In this document: piece by piece, positions 1 to 9,013 of the stretch
How positions within the stretch are numbered: position 1 is the stretch's first letter
Layout: each line of letters begins with the position of its first letter
Assembly (NCBI GenBank): GCA_038913135.1
Contig: JBCLES010000012.1
Location: forward strand, 1,036-65,035
From: Anaerolineae bacterium
GTDB taxonomy: Bacteria > Chloroflexota > Anaerolineae > Epilineales > Epilineaceae
Length of the DNA: 64,000 nucleotides
Direction of reading: 5' to 3'
Notes under the pieces: model-generated
Told to the model about the DNA's origin: nothing
What the model saw: only the letters and a program-made list of their open reading frames with translations
The model's database searches: none
Position numbers and translations under genes: made by a program

Positions 1-470
1 CGAGGTAGATGAATCGCAACGCAGGATTGCGGGTGTTGGTGGGCGGAGCGCATCACTTCCCTCATGTCGACCGCTTCCTGGCCGAATCATGGCGGGTCCT
101 GAAGCCCGGCGGCCGAATTGCGATCGTCGACAACATCGCGCCGGAAGATCCGGCAGGCGCCGAGGCGCTCGACGCGTTCGAAGCGCTCCGTGACCCGAGC
201 CATGGACACTGCCTGGGGATGGACGAATGGCGCCGCCTCATAACCGCTGCCGGTTTCGAGATCACCCACGAGGAGATAACGCTGAAGCGGATGGACTTCG
301 AGTGGTGGACCGAGCGGCTGGCAAGCGCCCCCGAGGTCATCGAGCGTCTGAAGGCCATGCTCCGCGAAGCGCCGCCCTCCGCCGCGGTGCACTTCACGCC
401 GATCACGCTCGAAGGCAAGCTCCACTTGCATCAGCGCGAGGGCTTTCTGGTCGGGAGGAAGGCCACGTGA
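1..470 (+). CDS. Class I SAM-dependent methyltransferase, C-terminal fragment; the 5' end lies upstream of the window
   Basis: The ORF runs to the left edge of the window. The translation (…GGAHHFPHVDRFLAESWRVLKPGGRIAIVDN…) resembles the C-terminal half of Methyltransf_11/25-type enzymes. Confidence 0.55.
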
Positions 471-701
471 GCAAGGCGATCGGGCGGTGGACTAGGTAGT
501 GCGACACGTGGACAACTTCGAGTGCTTCAAGTTATCGTTCGCCCAGCCATACTATCTCGATCGATCGCGCCCGCCTAGCCGCTCCCTCGGTAACATTCTC
601 ATTTGATTTGATACGACCGCCCGTCAGGCGATCTGTATCCGGCGAGCCGATAACCGCCCACCCTACAAGACTGGAACCTGCGATCCACCGGAGACTCCTC
701 C

Positions 702-1133
702 ATGCCCGAAGATCATCCTTCTGCCGAGACCCCGCAGCCCGACGATCCGCAGCCGCCTTCGCTCGCCCGCGAACGGGCACCCGACTCCCCCGCCATCCGC
801 TCCTGGAACCGCCGCATCCTAGGTTGGGGCTGCGCGCCCGCCCTGACGCTCGGGCTGGTCGCCGGCTTCCTGCCGGGGTGGGGTGAGCAGGTCGCGCTCG
901 TCGGGACCGGGATCGCGATCCTTGTCGCCGGTCCAATCGCCGTTTACACGTGGCGCCTGCGCGGCGAGAACCAGTCGCGTTTCGACGCGGCGCGGCGCGA
1001 TGCCGCGGAGCGCGGTGAGCGAGTGCGGGTGGTCCAGCGCGCCGATGGCGGTCACGACTACGTGCCCTATGCCGTCGAAAGGTGGGAGCCCGAAGAGTGG
1101 GATCTCGATAGCCAAGCGGCTGAGAGGCGCTAG
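702..1133 (+). CDS. Hypothetical small membrane protein
   Basis: ATG is preceded by GGAG about 9 nt upstream. Two predicted TM helices (LTLGLVAGFLPGW… / IAILVAGPIAVYTW). No recognisable domain. Confidence 0.35.
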   Translation: MPEDHPSAETPQPDDPQPPSLARERAPDSPAIRSWNRRILGWGCAPALTLGLVAGFLPGWGEQVALVGTGIAILVAGPIAVYTWRLRGENQSRFDAARRDAAERGERVRVVQRADGGHDYVPYAVERWEPEEWDLDSQAAERR

Positions 1134-1203
1134 ACTACTCCCGATACACATCTCGATCAAATATAGCCGCGGCCAACACCGCCCGACGCTTGAGGACAGA
1201 ATC

Positions 1204-2931
1204 ATGCGCTCGCCCTCGACCTCGTTCAGATTGACGTTCCGGCGCATCGCGCTGGCCCTTCGCTCCTTGGGAGGCCGAGAGGGCATGCTCCCATCGGCAG
1301 TCGCCGCCGCGGCCCTGTTACTCGCGGCGGGCTCTGTCGTCGCCCTTCCGATAGGCACAGAGTCGACCTTTCCCGATGAACCCACCACCGGCGCTTCCGA
1401 GTCGATCACCGCGCCCGATGCCCCCAAAGTCGCCGGCGCGACCGACCTCGTCAGCGCGTCGGGCGTCCGGATCGATCCACGCGTCCCGGAGGCCATCGCC
1501 CTCGTCGGCACGGCCGAGGTGATCGTCGCGCTACGGGAGCCGATCTCGGACTCCGCGTGGGAGCACGCCCCGACTAGCGGGGCCGCCGCGACGGCATTCG
1601 ATGCCGACGCGGCCACAGCCGTCCAAGCCGTCCAGGCACGCGTCCGCGCGGCGCTGCCCGCCGGCTCGTTCGAAGAAACGCATGAATACGTCCTGCTCGC
1701 AGCCATCGGCGGGCGTTTGAGCGCCTCCGGACTCGCGGTTTTGCAGGCCCATCCAGACGTCGTCGCGATCGGGCTGGCCGAGGAGCATTTCTCGACCCTG
1801 GCCGAGCACGTGCCGATAGTCGGCGGCGACCGCGTGCACGAGGAATATGGTTTCACCGGCGAAGGGATCGCCGTTGCCGTTTTCGACACCGGGATCGACA
1901 CCGATCACCCGGACCTCGAAGACGACCTGGTCGACCAGCAATGCTATTCGACCGCTGGCGGCTGCTGCTGCAACAACGCGACACAGGGCAGGAACGCCGA
2001 AGACGAGGGCGGGCATGGAACGGCAGTGTCCGGGATCATTTCGGCCAAAGGCGTAAAGAGCCCGCCCGGAATCGCGCCGGACGCAAGCATCGTCGCCGTG
2101 CGCGTGTTTAACGATCGCGAGAGCGCGGACACCCGCGACATCGTTTCCGGGCTCGATTGGGTTCTGCGCACCTTCCGCACGCACAACATCAAGGTCATCA
2201 ACATGAGCCTAGGCTCGACATCGACCTACACCGGCCGCTGCGACGACGCGGCATCGGAAACGGCGCGCACCGAGGCCATCACCAAGGTGGTCGCACGCGG
2301 CATCGCTATCTTCGCTGCCAGCGGAAACGGCGGCGCCAAGAACGCGATGTCCTCGCCCGCTTGCCTCTCCAAGGTCATCTCCGTTGGCGCGACCTACGAC
2401 GCCGACCTCGGCGCCAAGGCTTTCAGCGTCTGCCGCGATGCGTCGACCGCCGTCGATCAGATCACATGCTTCACCAATAGGAACCGAGAACTTTCGATCC
2501 TCGCGCCAGGATCGTCGACTACGCTGCCCGTAATCGGCGGCGAGGCGGCCGACGGCTGGTCCGGCACGTCGATGGCGTCCCCGATGGCCGCTGGCGCGGC
2601 CGCGATCCTGTTCCAGGCTGATCCCGACTTGCGCGTGAACGAACTCCAAAGATTGCTCGAGGACACCGGTAAGCCGATCGATGACGCGGACACGACCCTT
2701 ATCGTCCCAAGGATCGATTTGTTCGCCGCGCTCGAGGATCTCGTCGGACCCCCGCCGACACCTGAACCTTCGCCCACCCCCGAGCCAAGCGACACGCCTG
2801 AGCCTACCCCGGAGCCGACCGAAACGTCGACGCCGGACCCGAGCGCGCCAACGGACGAGCCTCCCACAGCCGTTCCTAGCGAGCCGCCGGTTGGGGTATG
2901 GCGGGCTTACATGCCGTGGACATTCCGCTAG
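1204..2931 (+). CDS. S8 family (subtilisin-like) serine peptidase with signal peptide and Pro/Thr/Glu-rich C-terminal tail
   Basis: Catalytic triad motifs are present in the expected order: DTGIDTDHPD (Asp), HGTAVSG (His), GTSMASPMAAG (Ser). A signal-peptide-like N-terminus follows the ATG at 1204 (an alternative start is at 1285). The 883 start in the ORF track overlaps the preceding ORF and is Arg/Ser-rich, so I rejected it. Confidence 0.85.
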   Translation: MRSPSTSFRLTFRRIALALRSLGGREGMLPSAVAAAALLLAAGSVVALPIGTESTFPDEPTTGASESITAPDAPKVAGATDLVSASGVRIDPRVPEAIALVGTAEVIVALREPISDSAWEHAPTSGAAATAFDADAATAVQAVQARVRAALPAGSFEETHEYVLLAAIGGRLSASGLAVLQAHPDVVAIGLAEEHFSTLAEHVPIVGGDRVHEEYGFTGEGIAVAVFDTGIDTDHPDLEDDLVDQQCYSTAGGCCCNNATQGRNAEDEGGHGTAVSGIISAKGVKSPPGIAPDASIVAVRVFNDRESADTRDIVSGLDWVLRTFRTHNIKVINMSLGSTSTYTGRCDDAASETARTEAITKVVARGIAIFAASGNGGAKNAMSSPACLSKVISVGATYDADLGAKAFSVCRDASTAVDQITCFTNRNRELSILAPGSSTTLPVIGGEAADGWSGTSMASPMAAGAAAILFQADPDLRVNELQRLLEDTGKPIDDADTTLIVPRIDLFAALEDLVGPPPTPEPSPTPEPSDTPEPTPEPTETSTPDPSAPTDEPPTAVPSEPPVGVWRAYMPWTFR

Positions 2932-2985
2932 GCTTCAACGACGCCGAACCTACCTGGTCGCGGACCTCACCTTCGGCGCTCTCAG

Positions 2986-3059
2986 CCATCCTCGATAAAG
3001 CGCTACGCCACCCGCTCCACCGCCATCCTCGATAAGGCGCTACGCCACCCGCTCCACCG
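2986..3059. repeat. Near-perfect 37-bp tandem duplication (x2, 1 mismatch) spanning the 3' end and stop codon of the thiolase gene
   Basis: Unit CCATCCTCGATAA(A/G)GCGCTACGCCACCCGCTCCACCG sits at 2986-3022 and again at 3023-3059. Unit 2 contains the thiolase stop (cta at 3040-3042). Confidence 0.8.
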
Positions 3060-4233
3060 CCATCGCCGTCGCACCGCCCGTCCCATGGCACAAGGCCGCG
3101 ATGCCGGTAGTGCCACCGCGCGCCGCCAACGCGCCTAGCAGAGTGACTATCAGACGCGAACCCGATGATCCGATCGGGTGCCCGAGAGCTATCGCGCCGC
3201 CGTGGACGTTCAGCTTATCCTGCGACACGCCAAGCTGCTGTTCGAAGATGATGCTGCTCACCGCGAAGGCTTCGTTGTTCTCGAAGAGGTCGAAGTCGCC
3301 GATCTCCATGCCAGTTTTGTCGAGCAGCTTACGAATTCCCGGCACCGGCGCCTCGGCGAAGCGATAGGCCGGTCCGGCCGCCCAGACGCCGCCGAGGATC
3401 TTGGCGATCGGGGAAAGGCCGTGTGCCTTGACTGCATCCTCGCTGGCCAGGATGATCGCCGCGGCGCCGTCGCTCATTTGGCTCGAATTGCCGGCGGTCA
3501 GGATGCCCTCCGGCCCGAAGGCCGGACCCAGGGCGGCCAGGCTCTCCTCGGTTGTGTCAGGGCGAATGCCTTCGTCGCGATCGACAACGGTCGTGCCCTT
3601 CCGGCTCGTAATCTCCACGGGCGCGATCTCAGCGGTAAGCGCGCCACTCGCCGTCGCCGCGGCTGCGCGGAGGTTCGAAGCCAGCGCTATAGCGTCCACG
3701 TCCTTGCGCGTGATCTCCATCTCCCGCGCAAGCCGTTCGGTCTGTATGCCCATAAGCTCACCGCTCATCGGATCGGTCAGGCCGTCGTATGCAAGGAGGT
3801 CGACCAGCGGCTCCGTTCGCCCACCGAGGTACTTGTATCCCCAACGCGCACCTTGCGACAGGAAGAATCCGGTCTGCGACATCGACTCGACGCCACCGGT
3901 GAGCATCAGGTCCGTCTGGCCGGATTGGATGTAAGCCAGCGCGCTCATGCCCGCGACCATGCCGGACGAGCAGACCATATTGACATGAAAGCCATCGACA
4001 GAGTCCGGAATACCGGCCTTCAGCGCCGCCTGGCGTGGCACGAGTTGGCCGTGGCCCGCCGCAAGGACGTGCCCAAAGATGTAGCCGTCGAGGGCAGCGC
4101 CGTCGACTTTGCCTCGATCGAGTGCTGCGCGCATGGCGTGCGCGGCGAGATCGGCCGGCCCGAGTGACGCAAGCGCCCCGCCGAAGCGGCCGATGGGCGT
4201 CCTGGCGGCGGACACGATGTATACGTCTCTCAC
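3040..4233 (-). CDS. Acetyl-CoA C-acetyltransferase (thiolase II)
   Basis: N-terminal (M/V)RDVYIVSAARTPIGRFGG and C-terminal NVHGGAIALGHPIGSSGSR…ALCHGTGGATAM thiolase signatures. GTG start at 4233 with AGGAGAAACGCC upstream. Confidence 0.9.
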   Translation of the reverse strand: MRDVYIVSAARTPIGRFGGALASLGPADLAAHAMRAALDRGKVDGAALDGYIFGHVLAAGHGQLVPRQAALKAGIPDSVDGFHVNMVCSSGMVAGMSALAYIQSGQTDLMLTGGVESMSQTGFFLSQGARWGYKYLGGRTEPLVDLLAYDGLTDPMSGELMGIQTERLAREMEITRKDVDAIALASNLRAAAATASGALTAEIAPVEITSRKGTTVVDRDEGIRPDTTEESLAALGPAFGPEGILTAGNSSQMSDGAAAIILASEDAVKAHGLSPIAKILGGVWAAGPAYRFAEAPVPGIRKLLDKTGMEIGDFDLFENNEAFAVSSIIFEQQLGVSQDKLNVHGGAIALGHPIGSSGSRLIVTLLGALAARGGTTGIAALCHGTGGATAMAVERVA

Positions 4234-4300
4234 GGCGTTTCTCCTGATGTCCGATCGCAGTACACATCCCTCATGGTGTTTCTCCTAGTGCCCGATCGCA
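4221..4300. repeat. Diverged ~40-bp tandem duplication of the thiolase 5' end (RBS plus first 5 codons), creating a 14-codon upstream ORF (4230-4274, minus strand) whose stop overlaps the thiolase GTG as GTGA
   Basis: 4221-4260 and 4261-4300 align at about 31/40. The minus-strand reading is AGGAGAAACACC ATG AGG GAT GTG TAC TGC GAT CGG ACA TCA GGA GAA ACG CCG TGA, followed by GTG AGA GAC GTA TAC ATC… (the thiolase). Confidence 0.6.
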
Positions 4301-4349
4301 TCGATCTAATAGGGGCGCGGTCGAAGTCGGATTCTGGGTCAACGCAGTC

Positions 4350-4685
4350 CTAGCCGTTTCTTCTGGGCCGGCTCGGCTGTTTCGGATCGCGGGGCGGTGC
4401 CTCGGCGGTCTCTAGAATCGCCGAATGCGCCGCTCGGAAACCGTCGGTGACCTCGGTGAGCGACCCGCCCTTCGGGAAAGCGTCGGCGGCGAGATCCCAT
4501 GCCGCTTTCAGCGTGTCTTCGGCCCATTCCGAGCTGTGCTCGACGGAGTCTGCTGCCTCAACTATGACGGCGTAGGCGCCGCGAAAGGCGTCGATGCGCG
4601 CCTCGATCCGCGCGGTGGGCGCGGCGCTCAGAGCGCGCTCGGCGAGCTTGACGGCGAGATTCATGCAGGTCTCCGACAGTGCCAT
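4350..4685 (-). CDS. Hypothetical protein (~111 aa)
   Basis: Start chosen at MALSETCMN, which has AAGGAGG 9 nt upstream. The longer ORF-track start lacks an RBS. No recognisable domain. Confidence 0.45.
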   Translation of the reverse strand: MALSETCMNLAVKLAERALSAAPTARIEARIDAFRGAYAVIVEAADSVEHSSEWAEDTLKAAWDLAADAFPKGGSLTEVTDGFRAAHSAILETAEAPPRDPKQPSRPRRNG

Positions 4686-4786
4686 GATGTGGATCCTCCT
4701 TGTCCTGCCGTGCTCGGCGGGGTGAAACACTTGCCTGTCGCGGATCGCTATTTTACGCGAACGATGTCTCGCCGTGATCGACACGA

Positions 4787-5131
4787 TCAATACGCCGGCA
4801 TCTCCGGATCGACCTCCACGCGCCAGCCTTCGATCCCGCCCTCGATGTCCGCGACGTCGATAAAGCCTTCGGCCACGAGCGCTCGGCAGACAGCGGCGCT
4901 GCGCACCCCGTGGTGACAGACGAACACGTAGGCTGCATCGCGATCCAGTTCAAGCCACCACTCGCGGATCGAGGAAAGCGGCTTGAGTTCGGACGTCTCG
5001 ATCCTCGCGATAGCCCACTCGTGGGGTTCGCGGACGTCGATGATCCGCGGCGTTTCGCCCCGATCCATCTGCTCGACGAGAGCGCGGGGAGTGATCCTCT
5101 TGAAGCGACCTTCGATTGGTGGCGAACTCAT
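4787..5131 (-). CDS. Single-domain rhodanese-like sulfurtransferase
   Basis: Active-site loop CHHGVRS (Cys-X-X-G-X-R), about 114 aa. Start placed at MSSPPIEG; the longer N-terminal extension in the track is Arg-rich and unlikely. Confidence 0.65.
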   Translation of the reverse strand: MSSPPIEGRFKRITPRALVEQMDRGETPRIIDVREPHEWAIARIETSELKPLSSIREWWLELDRDAAYVFVCHHGVRSAAVCRALVAEGFIDVADIEGGIEGWRVEVDPEMPAY

Positions 5132-5301
5132 GCAATCGATTATACGGCGCCCATGTTCAATGGGGCATTTCGAGCGCTTGCCTGCCATCCGATCCTTCGG
5201 CTGCGCTCGGAAGGTCCGGCGTGCTATCGTGAACTTCCGGTACGGGGTGTCCAACTAAGCCTCGCCAGCGTGTTAATGGGAGCATCTACTAGGGGAGTCT
5301 C

Positions 5302-5841
5302 GTGTTCGACGAGGATTGGCTTGTCGAAGCCGCGCGGACAGATCGGGAGGCGTTCGGCCTTCTGTACGATCGCTATTTCGACACCGTTTATAACTACATC
5401 GCTCGGCGCGTGGATAGCGCCGAGTTAGCCGAGGATATCTCGGCAGCGGTGTGGGAGCGCGTCTTGATCTCGATCGAACGCTACGAATTGCGAGGGGTTC
5501 CTTTCGCCGCATGGCTCTATCGGATAGCCGGCAACCAAATCGCGAATCATCGGCGGAGGCGGCACCTTCTCGCCTTCGTCCCATTCAAGCCGCAGCATAG
5601 TGCGCCCGACGAGCCCCAGGTCAGATACGATGAACGAAGAGCGGTACGCGACGCCTTGCAGGATTTGTCCCACGCAGATCAGGAAGTGCTCGGTTTGTAC
5701 TATTTTTCCGGACTCAAGCCACCCGAGATCGCTGACGTCTTAGGATGCACTCCGGCCGCGGTGCACAAACGGTTGCATCGCGCTAGGACACGCCTGAAGC
5801 GGCGGCTCGAAGGGGAATCCCGTGTCACGGCATCAACCTAA
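5302..5841 (+). CDS. ECF-type RNA polymerase sigma-70 factor
   Basis: Sigma-70 region 2 (FGLLYDRYFDTVYNYIARRV) and region 4 HTH (QEVLGLYYFSGLKPPEIADVLGCTPAAVHKRLHRARTRLK). GTG start with GGGGAG 4 nt upstream. Confidence 0.85.
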   Translation: MFDEDWLVEAARTDREAFGLLYDRYFDTVYNYIARRVDSAELAEDISAAVWERVLISIERYELRGVPFAAWLYRIAGNQIANHRRRRHLLAFVPFKPQHSAPDEPQVRYDERRAVRDALQDLSHADQEVLGLYYFSGLKPPEIADVLGCTPAAVHKRLHRARTRLKRRLEGESRVTAST

Positions 5842-6613
5842 TCCCAATCATTCAAACAACGCATCGGACCCGTTCTTCGAGCTGCTTGGAGACGAACCGA
5901 CGGTCGAACCGGCAACGAGTTACCGGAGCGCGGTGCGCGAGAGGCTCATGAGCTTCCCGCCGCTCGCGGGTCTCATCACGTTCCGAATGCCCGTCATCGG
6001 TCGCGTTTTTCTACCAGGGCTTGTCGGGACGCTCGGAATTGTCGCGATCGGAGCTGGGATGACGGCATTCATCGCACTGTGGCCATTTGAACGCGGCGAC
6101 GACATCGAGCCGGCATCCGTGAGTGAACGAGCCGCAGTCATGTCGGAAGCCGAATCGGCAGGCCCGCCACCACCGGCGCTCCCCGCCCGAGACCTGGCGG
6201 CGGAAGCCAATGAGGCGCGCACTCGCGGCGAAGCGCTGCGATCGTTCGATCCGCCTCGTTCGCCGGTGAGATTGCCCATCCAAGGTCCGGTTGAGGCCGC
6301 CGCGCCACCGACGGCCCCGGAGGCTGCGGAAGCCTTGATCGCAGTGGTCCAACCGACCAGGGCTGCACTTGCCCCGGCGCAGGCGCCTCCGCCGCGCGAC
6401 GAAGGCGGCCGAGGCCGCCCCGTAGCGCCGATCACACCGGTCCCGACCGCTACGGAAGCGGTTGCGCAGCCTGGCGGAGATTTCGTCGAGTTGCCGCCTA
6501 CCGCCACGGCTTGGCCGACATCCGAAGGTCGGCCCACGCTCCCGCCCGCCTTCCCAACCGAAACCCCGCCGACGACCAAGACGCCGGAACCTATACCGAC
6601 TCCGGCACCGTAA
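5822..6613 (+). CDS. Putative anti-sigma factor: single-pass membrane protein with a Pro/Ala-rich extracytoplasmic tail
   Basis: Overlaps the sigma gene by 20 nt. A short cytoplasmic N-terminus, one TM helix (FLPGLVGTLGIVAIGAGMTAFIALW), then a proline-rich C-terminus. The assignment rests on gene context, not on a motif. Confidence 0.5.
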   Translation: MSRHQPNPNHSNNASDPFFELLGDEPTVEPATSYRSAVRERLMSFPPLAGLITFRMPVIGRVFLPGLVGTLGIVAIGAGMTAFIALWPFERGDDIEPASVSERAAVMSEAESAGPPPPALPARDLAAEANEARTRGEALRSFDPPRSPVRLPIQGPVEAAAPPTAPEAAEALIAVVQPTRAALAPAQAPPPRDEGGRGRPVAPITPVPTATEAVAQPGGDFVELPPTATAWPTSEGRPTLPPAFPTETPPTTKTPEPIPTPAP

Positions 6614-6617
6614 GCCG

Positions 6618-8981
6618 TTGAGGAGAGCCGCCTTGGTCGGTGCTTGGGCCAGGGTTAGCGCATGGGCCAAGGTCGGGTCCGCGGCTTCGGTCGGGCTCGC
6701 GCTCGGACTTTGGCCCGTTGCGGTTTGGGCTGATATCGACCAGAGCGGGACCCATACGATCGTACTTCCCATAACCCTGTCGACTGTTCGCACCGAGGCG
6801 TGCGGGCCGTCGCATTTCGATCCGTGCCCTGCGGCGGGTTCGTTGAGTTCTTGGACCACGCATTGCGGCGGCATGGGTAGAATCCGGGATCTGGTGGCCC
6901 AGGCGCGCTCAGATGAGATGCTCGCCGTTGGGGACGGCGCCGCGACCATCACGCTCGGCGAGAGCGGCCGTTCGTGGTCGCTCAGCTCGCGGCTCTGGTC
7001 TGAGGATGGACCTGCCGACGCAGCGCGCAGGGACTCGCTTGGAATTGTCGGCCTCAACGGCTTGTTCGTGCTCCCAACGTGCCGATCGGGCGCCGGCCGC
7101 TGCGGCTGGGCAGTTGGCGAGCGGGCGCAGATCCTCAATCTGGCGGGAAACACGAGCGGTCCGACTTGCTGGGATCGGCATGACAATTGGCCCGTGGACA
7201 ACACGGGCATCGAACTGAATTCGATCTTCGCTCTGAGTCCAAGCGGCAGGAACCCGGTAGGTTGGATAGTCGGGCGCGACGTCGATCTCGCGGAGATAAT
7301 GGTCCTGTCGTCGAGCGGCGCGACCCCGGTCTGGGAGCGCGAGACGGGGTTCGAGACCGGCGGCACGCCGATTCCACCGCTGCTCGATGTCCAAACGCTC
7401 GACGGCACCAACGCCATCGCTCTAGGGCACAACGGGTTGAGCGGCGTCTTCGCGGATCTCGAGTTGGTTGGGATAGGCAGTGATCGGGTCAGGGCAGAAG
7501 TGACCGACGTCATCGATGGTCTTCCTGAGCAGATCGCGCTCACACCGGATGGCGGTCCGGTCGGATCTTTGATCCTGGGCTGGGCGTTTGGCCGCGCCGA
7601 TCCTTCCGGCAACCGGACGCGGATATGGGAACATGCCAGCGAAGGCTGGTTTCAATCCGCACCGGATCGCGATCAAATCTTGATCGATGCGTTCAGCACT
7701 CGCGCGTTCGGCCAATGGTTCGGCCTTATCGCCAGCGACCCGGGCGACGCGGTGCTCCATTCGCTGGAGGGTGACGGACTCAGCGTTGAGTGGGAGGCGC
7801 GTATGCGAGCCGGCGGCGAATGGGGCGGTCCGGAGCCGGGCGCTGACCCCGATGGACACCTCGCCATCCTCCCACTCGACACAAACCGTGTGGTCTACGC
7901 CGCGGGCGATGAAGTATGGCTGGCGGACGTTGCCGAAGAACGGTGGACCCTACTTCAAACTCGCCGAAAGCTAGTCGGATTCGCGCCGAACGGGCGCGGC
8001 GGCGGGTGGGCTCTGTCTTCGGATGCTGCCGGCAGTCGGCTCTTCGAGCTGCCTGCAACAGGTTCCGGTCGATTGATCAACTCGGTCGGCGATTTGCCCG
8101 CCGGCAACGCCCTGCCCCATCTCAACGCTATCGCGAGCGGCGGTGGGCGTACTTGGGCCGTCGGGCCGAATGGTGAAAGCTGGCGATCTGTGGGCGCACT
8201 CTCCAAGTGGAGGCGGGAAGACCCGCCCGAAGTCGGTCCCTTCGCCAAGGCAGCCGATGATTTCCTCGATGTCGACGTGACGCAGAGCGGAGTTGCATGG
8301 GCGACTGGCGCAGGCGCGGACGGGCACGGCCGGCTGTGGCGCTGGGTCGAGGATGAGTCGGGCTGGGCCGAGGTGGCGCGCCTCGACGAGCCGATCGCGC
8401 TCCGCGCTGTCGCAGCGATCGACGGCGACGGGGGCCGTGTTATCGCTGTCGGGGGCGAGACCATCCTGTTGGCTTTGTCGGACGACTATTGCGGACCGGG
8501 CGCCGAACATTGGCGAGGACCCACCGGATGGATGTGCACCGAATCGATCACCTTCGACATTCCGGCCGGATCGCTAGGTCTCTTGGACGTCGACGTAAGC
8601 TCGGCAGGGGCGACCTGGGCGGTCGGGCGCGATCATTTGCTCCGTCTCAAGTCCGGCGGAGCGATTACTGATCCGGCTGATTGGCGCGCTGACGCACCAC
8701 CGGGCATGCCCGCCGGCGGTCACCCGCTTGCGGTGGCTCTCGTCGATGAATCGGAGGGGGTGGTGGTCCATTCATGCTGTGATGGCTTCGTGCCGGCGGC
8801 GCGCCAACCATCGAACGTTCGCCGCTACCGATCGATCGAGGGCGATAAGCTTGAATCAGTCGGGTCCACGGCCGTCGTCAACGTTCCGATAGCCGACGCG
8901 GTGGTCGATCAAAGAGACGGCGAAGCGCCGAGGGTGTGGCTGACAGGCGATTGGACAACGTTGATCGAAGCCCGCTACTGA
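6618..8981 (+). CDS. Secreted beta-propeller repeat protein (BNR/Ycf48-like TW-AVG repeats), third gene of the ECF sigma operon
   Basis: A TTG at 6618 gives the signal peptide M-RRAALVGAWARVSAWAKVGSAASVGLALGLWPVAVWA|DID. The motif recurs: GRCGWAVGERA, GRNPVGWIVGRD, GGRTWAVGPNGESW, GVAWATGAGADGHGRLW, AGATWAVGRDH. The track's longer ORF (6462) overlaps the anti-sigma gene. Confidence 0.55.
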   Translation: MRRAALVGAWARVSAWAKVGSAASVGLALGLWPVAVWADIDQSGTHTIVLPITLSTVRTEACGPSHFDPCPAAGSLSSWTTHCGGMGRIRDLVAQARSDEMLAVGDGAATITLGESGRSWSLSSRLWSEDGPADAARRDSLGIVGLNGLFVLPTCRSGAGRCGWAVGERAQILNLAGNTSGPTCWDRHDNWPVDNTGIELNSIFALSPSGRNPVGWIVGRDVDLAEIMVLSSSGATPVWERETGFETGGTPIPPLLDVQTLDGTNAIALGHNGLSGVFADLELVGIGSDRVRAEVTDVIDGLPEQIALTPDGGPVGSLILGWAFGRADPSGNRTRIWEHASEGWFQSAPDRDQILIDAFSTRAFGQWFGLIASDPGDAVLHSLEGDGLSVEWEARMRAGGEWGGPEPGADPDGHLAILPLDTNRVVYAAGDEVWLADVAEERWTLLQTRRKLVGFAPNGRGGGWALSSDAAGSRLFELPATGSGRLINSVGDLPAGNALPHLNAIASGGGRTWAVGPNGESWRSVGALSKWRREDPPEVGPFAKAADDFLDVDVTQSGVAWATGAGADGHGRLWRWVEDESGWAEVARLDEPIALRAVAAIDGDGGRVIAVGGETILLALSDDYCGPGAEHWRGPTGWMCTESITFDIPAGSLGLLDVDVSSAGATWAVGRDHLLRLKSGGAITDPADWRADAPPGMPAGGHPLAVALVDESEGVVVHSCCDGFVPAARQPSNVRRYRSIEGDKLESVGSTAVVNVPIADAVVDQRDGEAPRVWLTGDWTTLIEARY

Positions 8982-9013
8982 AATCTCATCTGTTTCACCC
9001 GGCCGAGCATCGA

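Noticed and set aside
883-1203. N-terminal extension of the S8 peptidase ORF as given in the track
   Set aside because: It overlaps the 702-1133 ORF and is Arg/Ser-rich. A signal-peptide-like sequence begins only after the ATG at 1204 (or 1285).
819-1901. 360-aa minus-strand ORF antisense to the S8 peptidase gene
   Set aside because: Overlaps the catalytic Asp/His region of the peptidase on the + strand. Ala/Ser/Arg-rich with no recognisable domain.
3178-4167. 329-aa + strand ORF antisense to the thiolase
   Set aside because: The thiolase on the minus strand has unambiguous signatures. This ORF is Arg-rich noise.
6462-6617. Upstream extension of the beta-propeller ORF overlapping the anti-sigma gene
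   Set aside because: Extremely basic (RRRPRRR) translation, and it overlaps the anti-sigma C-terminus. The in-frame TTG at 6618 gives a proper signal peptide.
6011-7612. 533-aa minus-strand ORF antisense to the anti-sigma/beta-propeller genes
   Set aside because: Arg/Ser/Pro-rich low-complexity translation. The opposite strand carries a coherent operon. No RBS.
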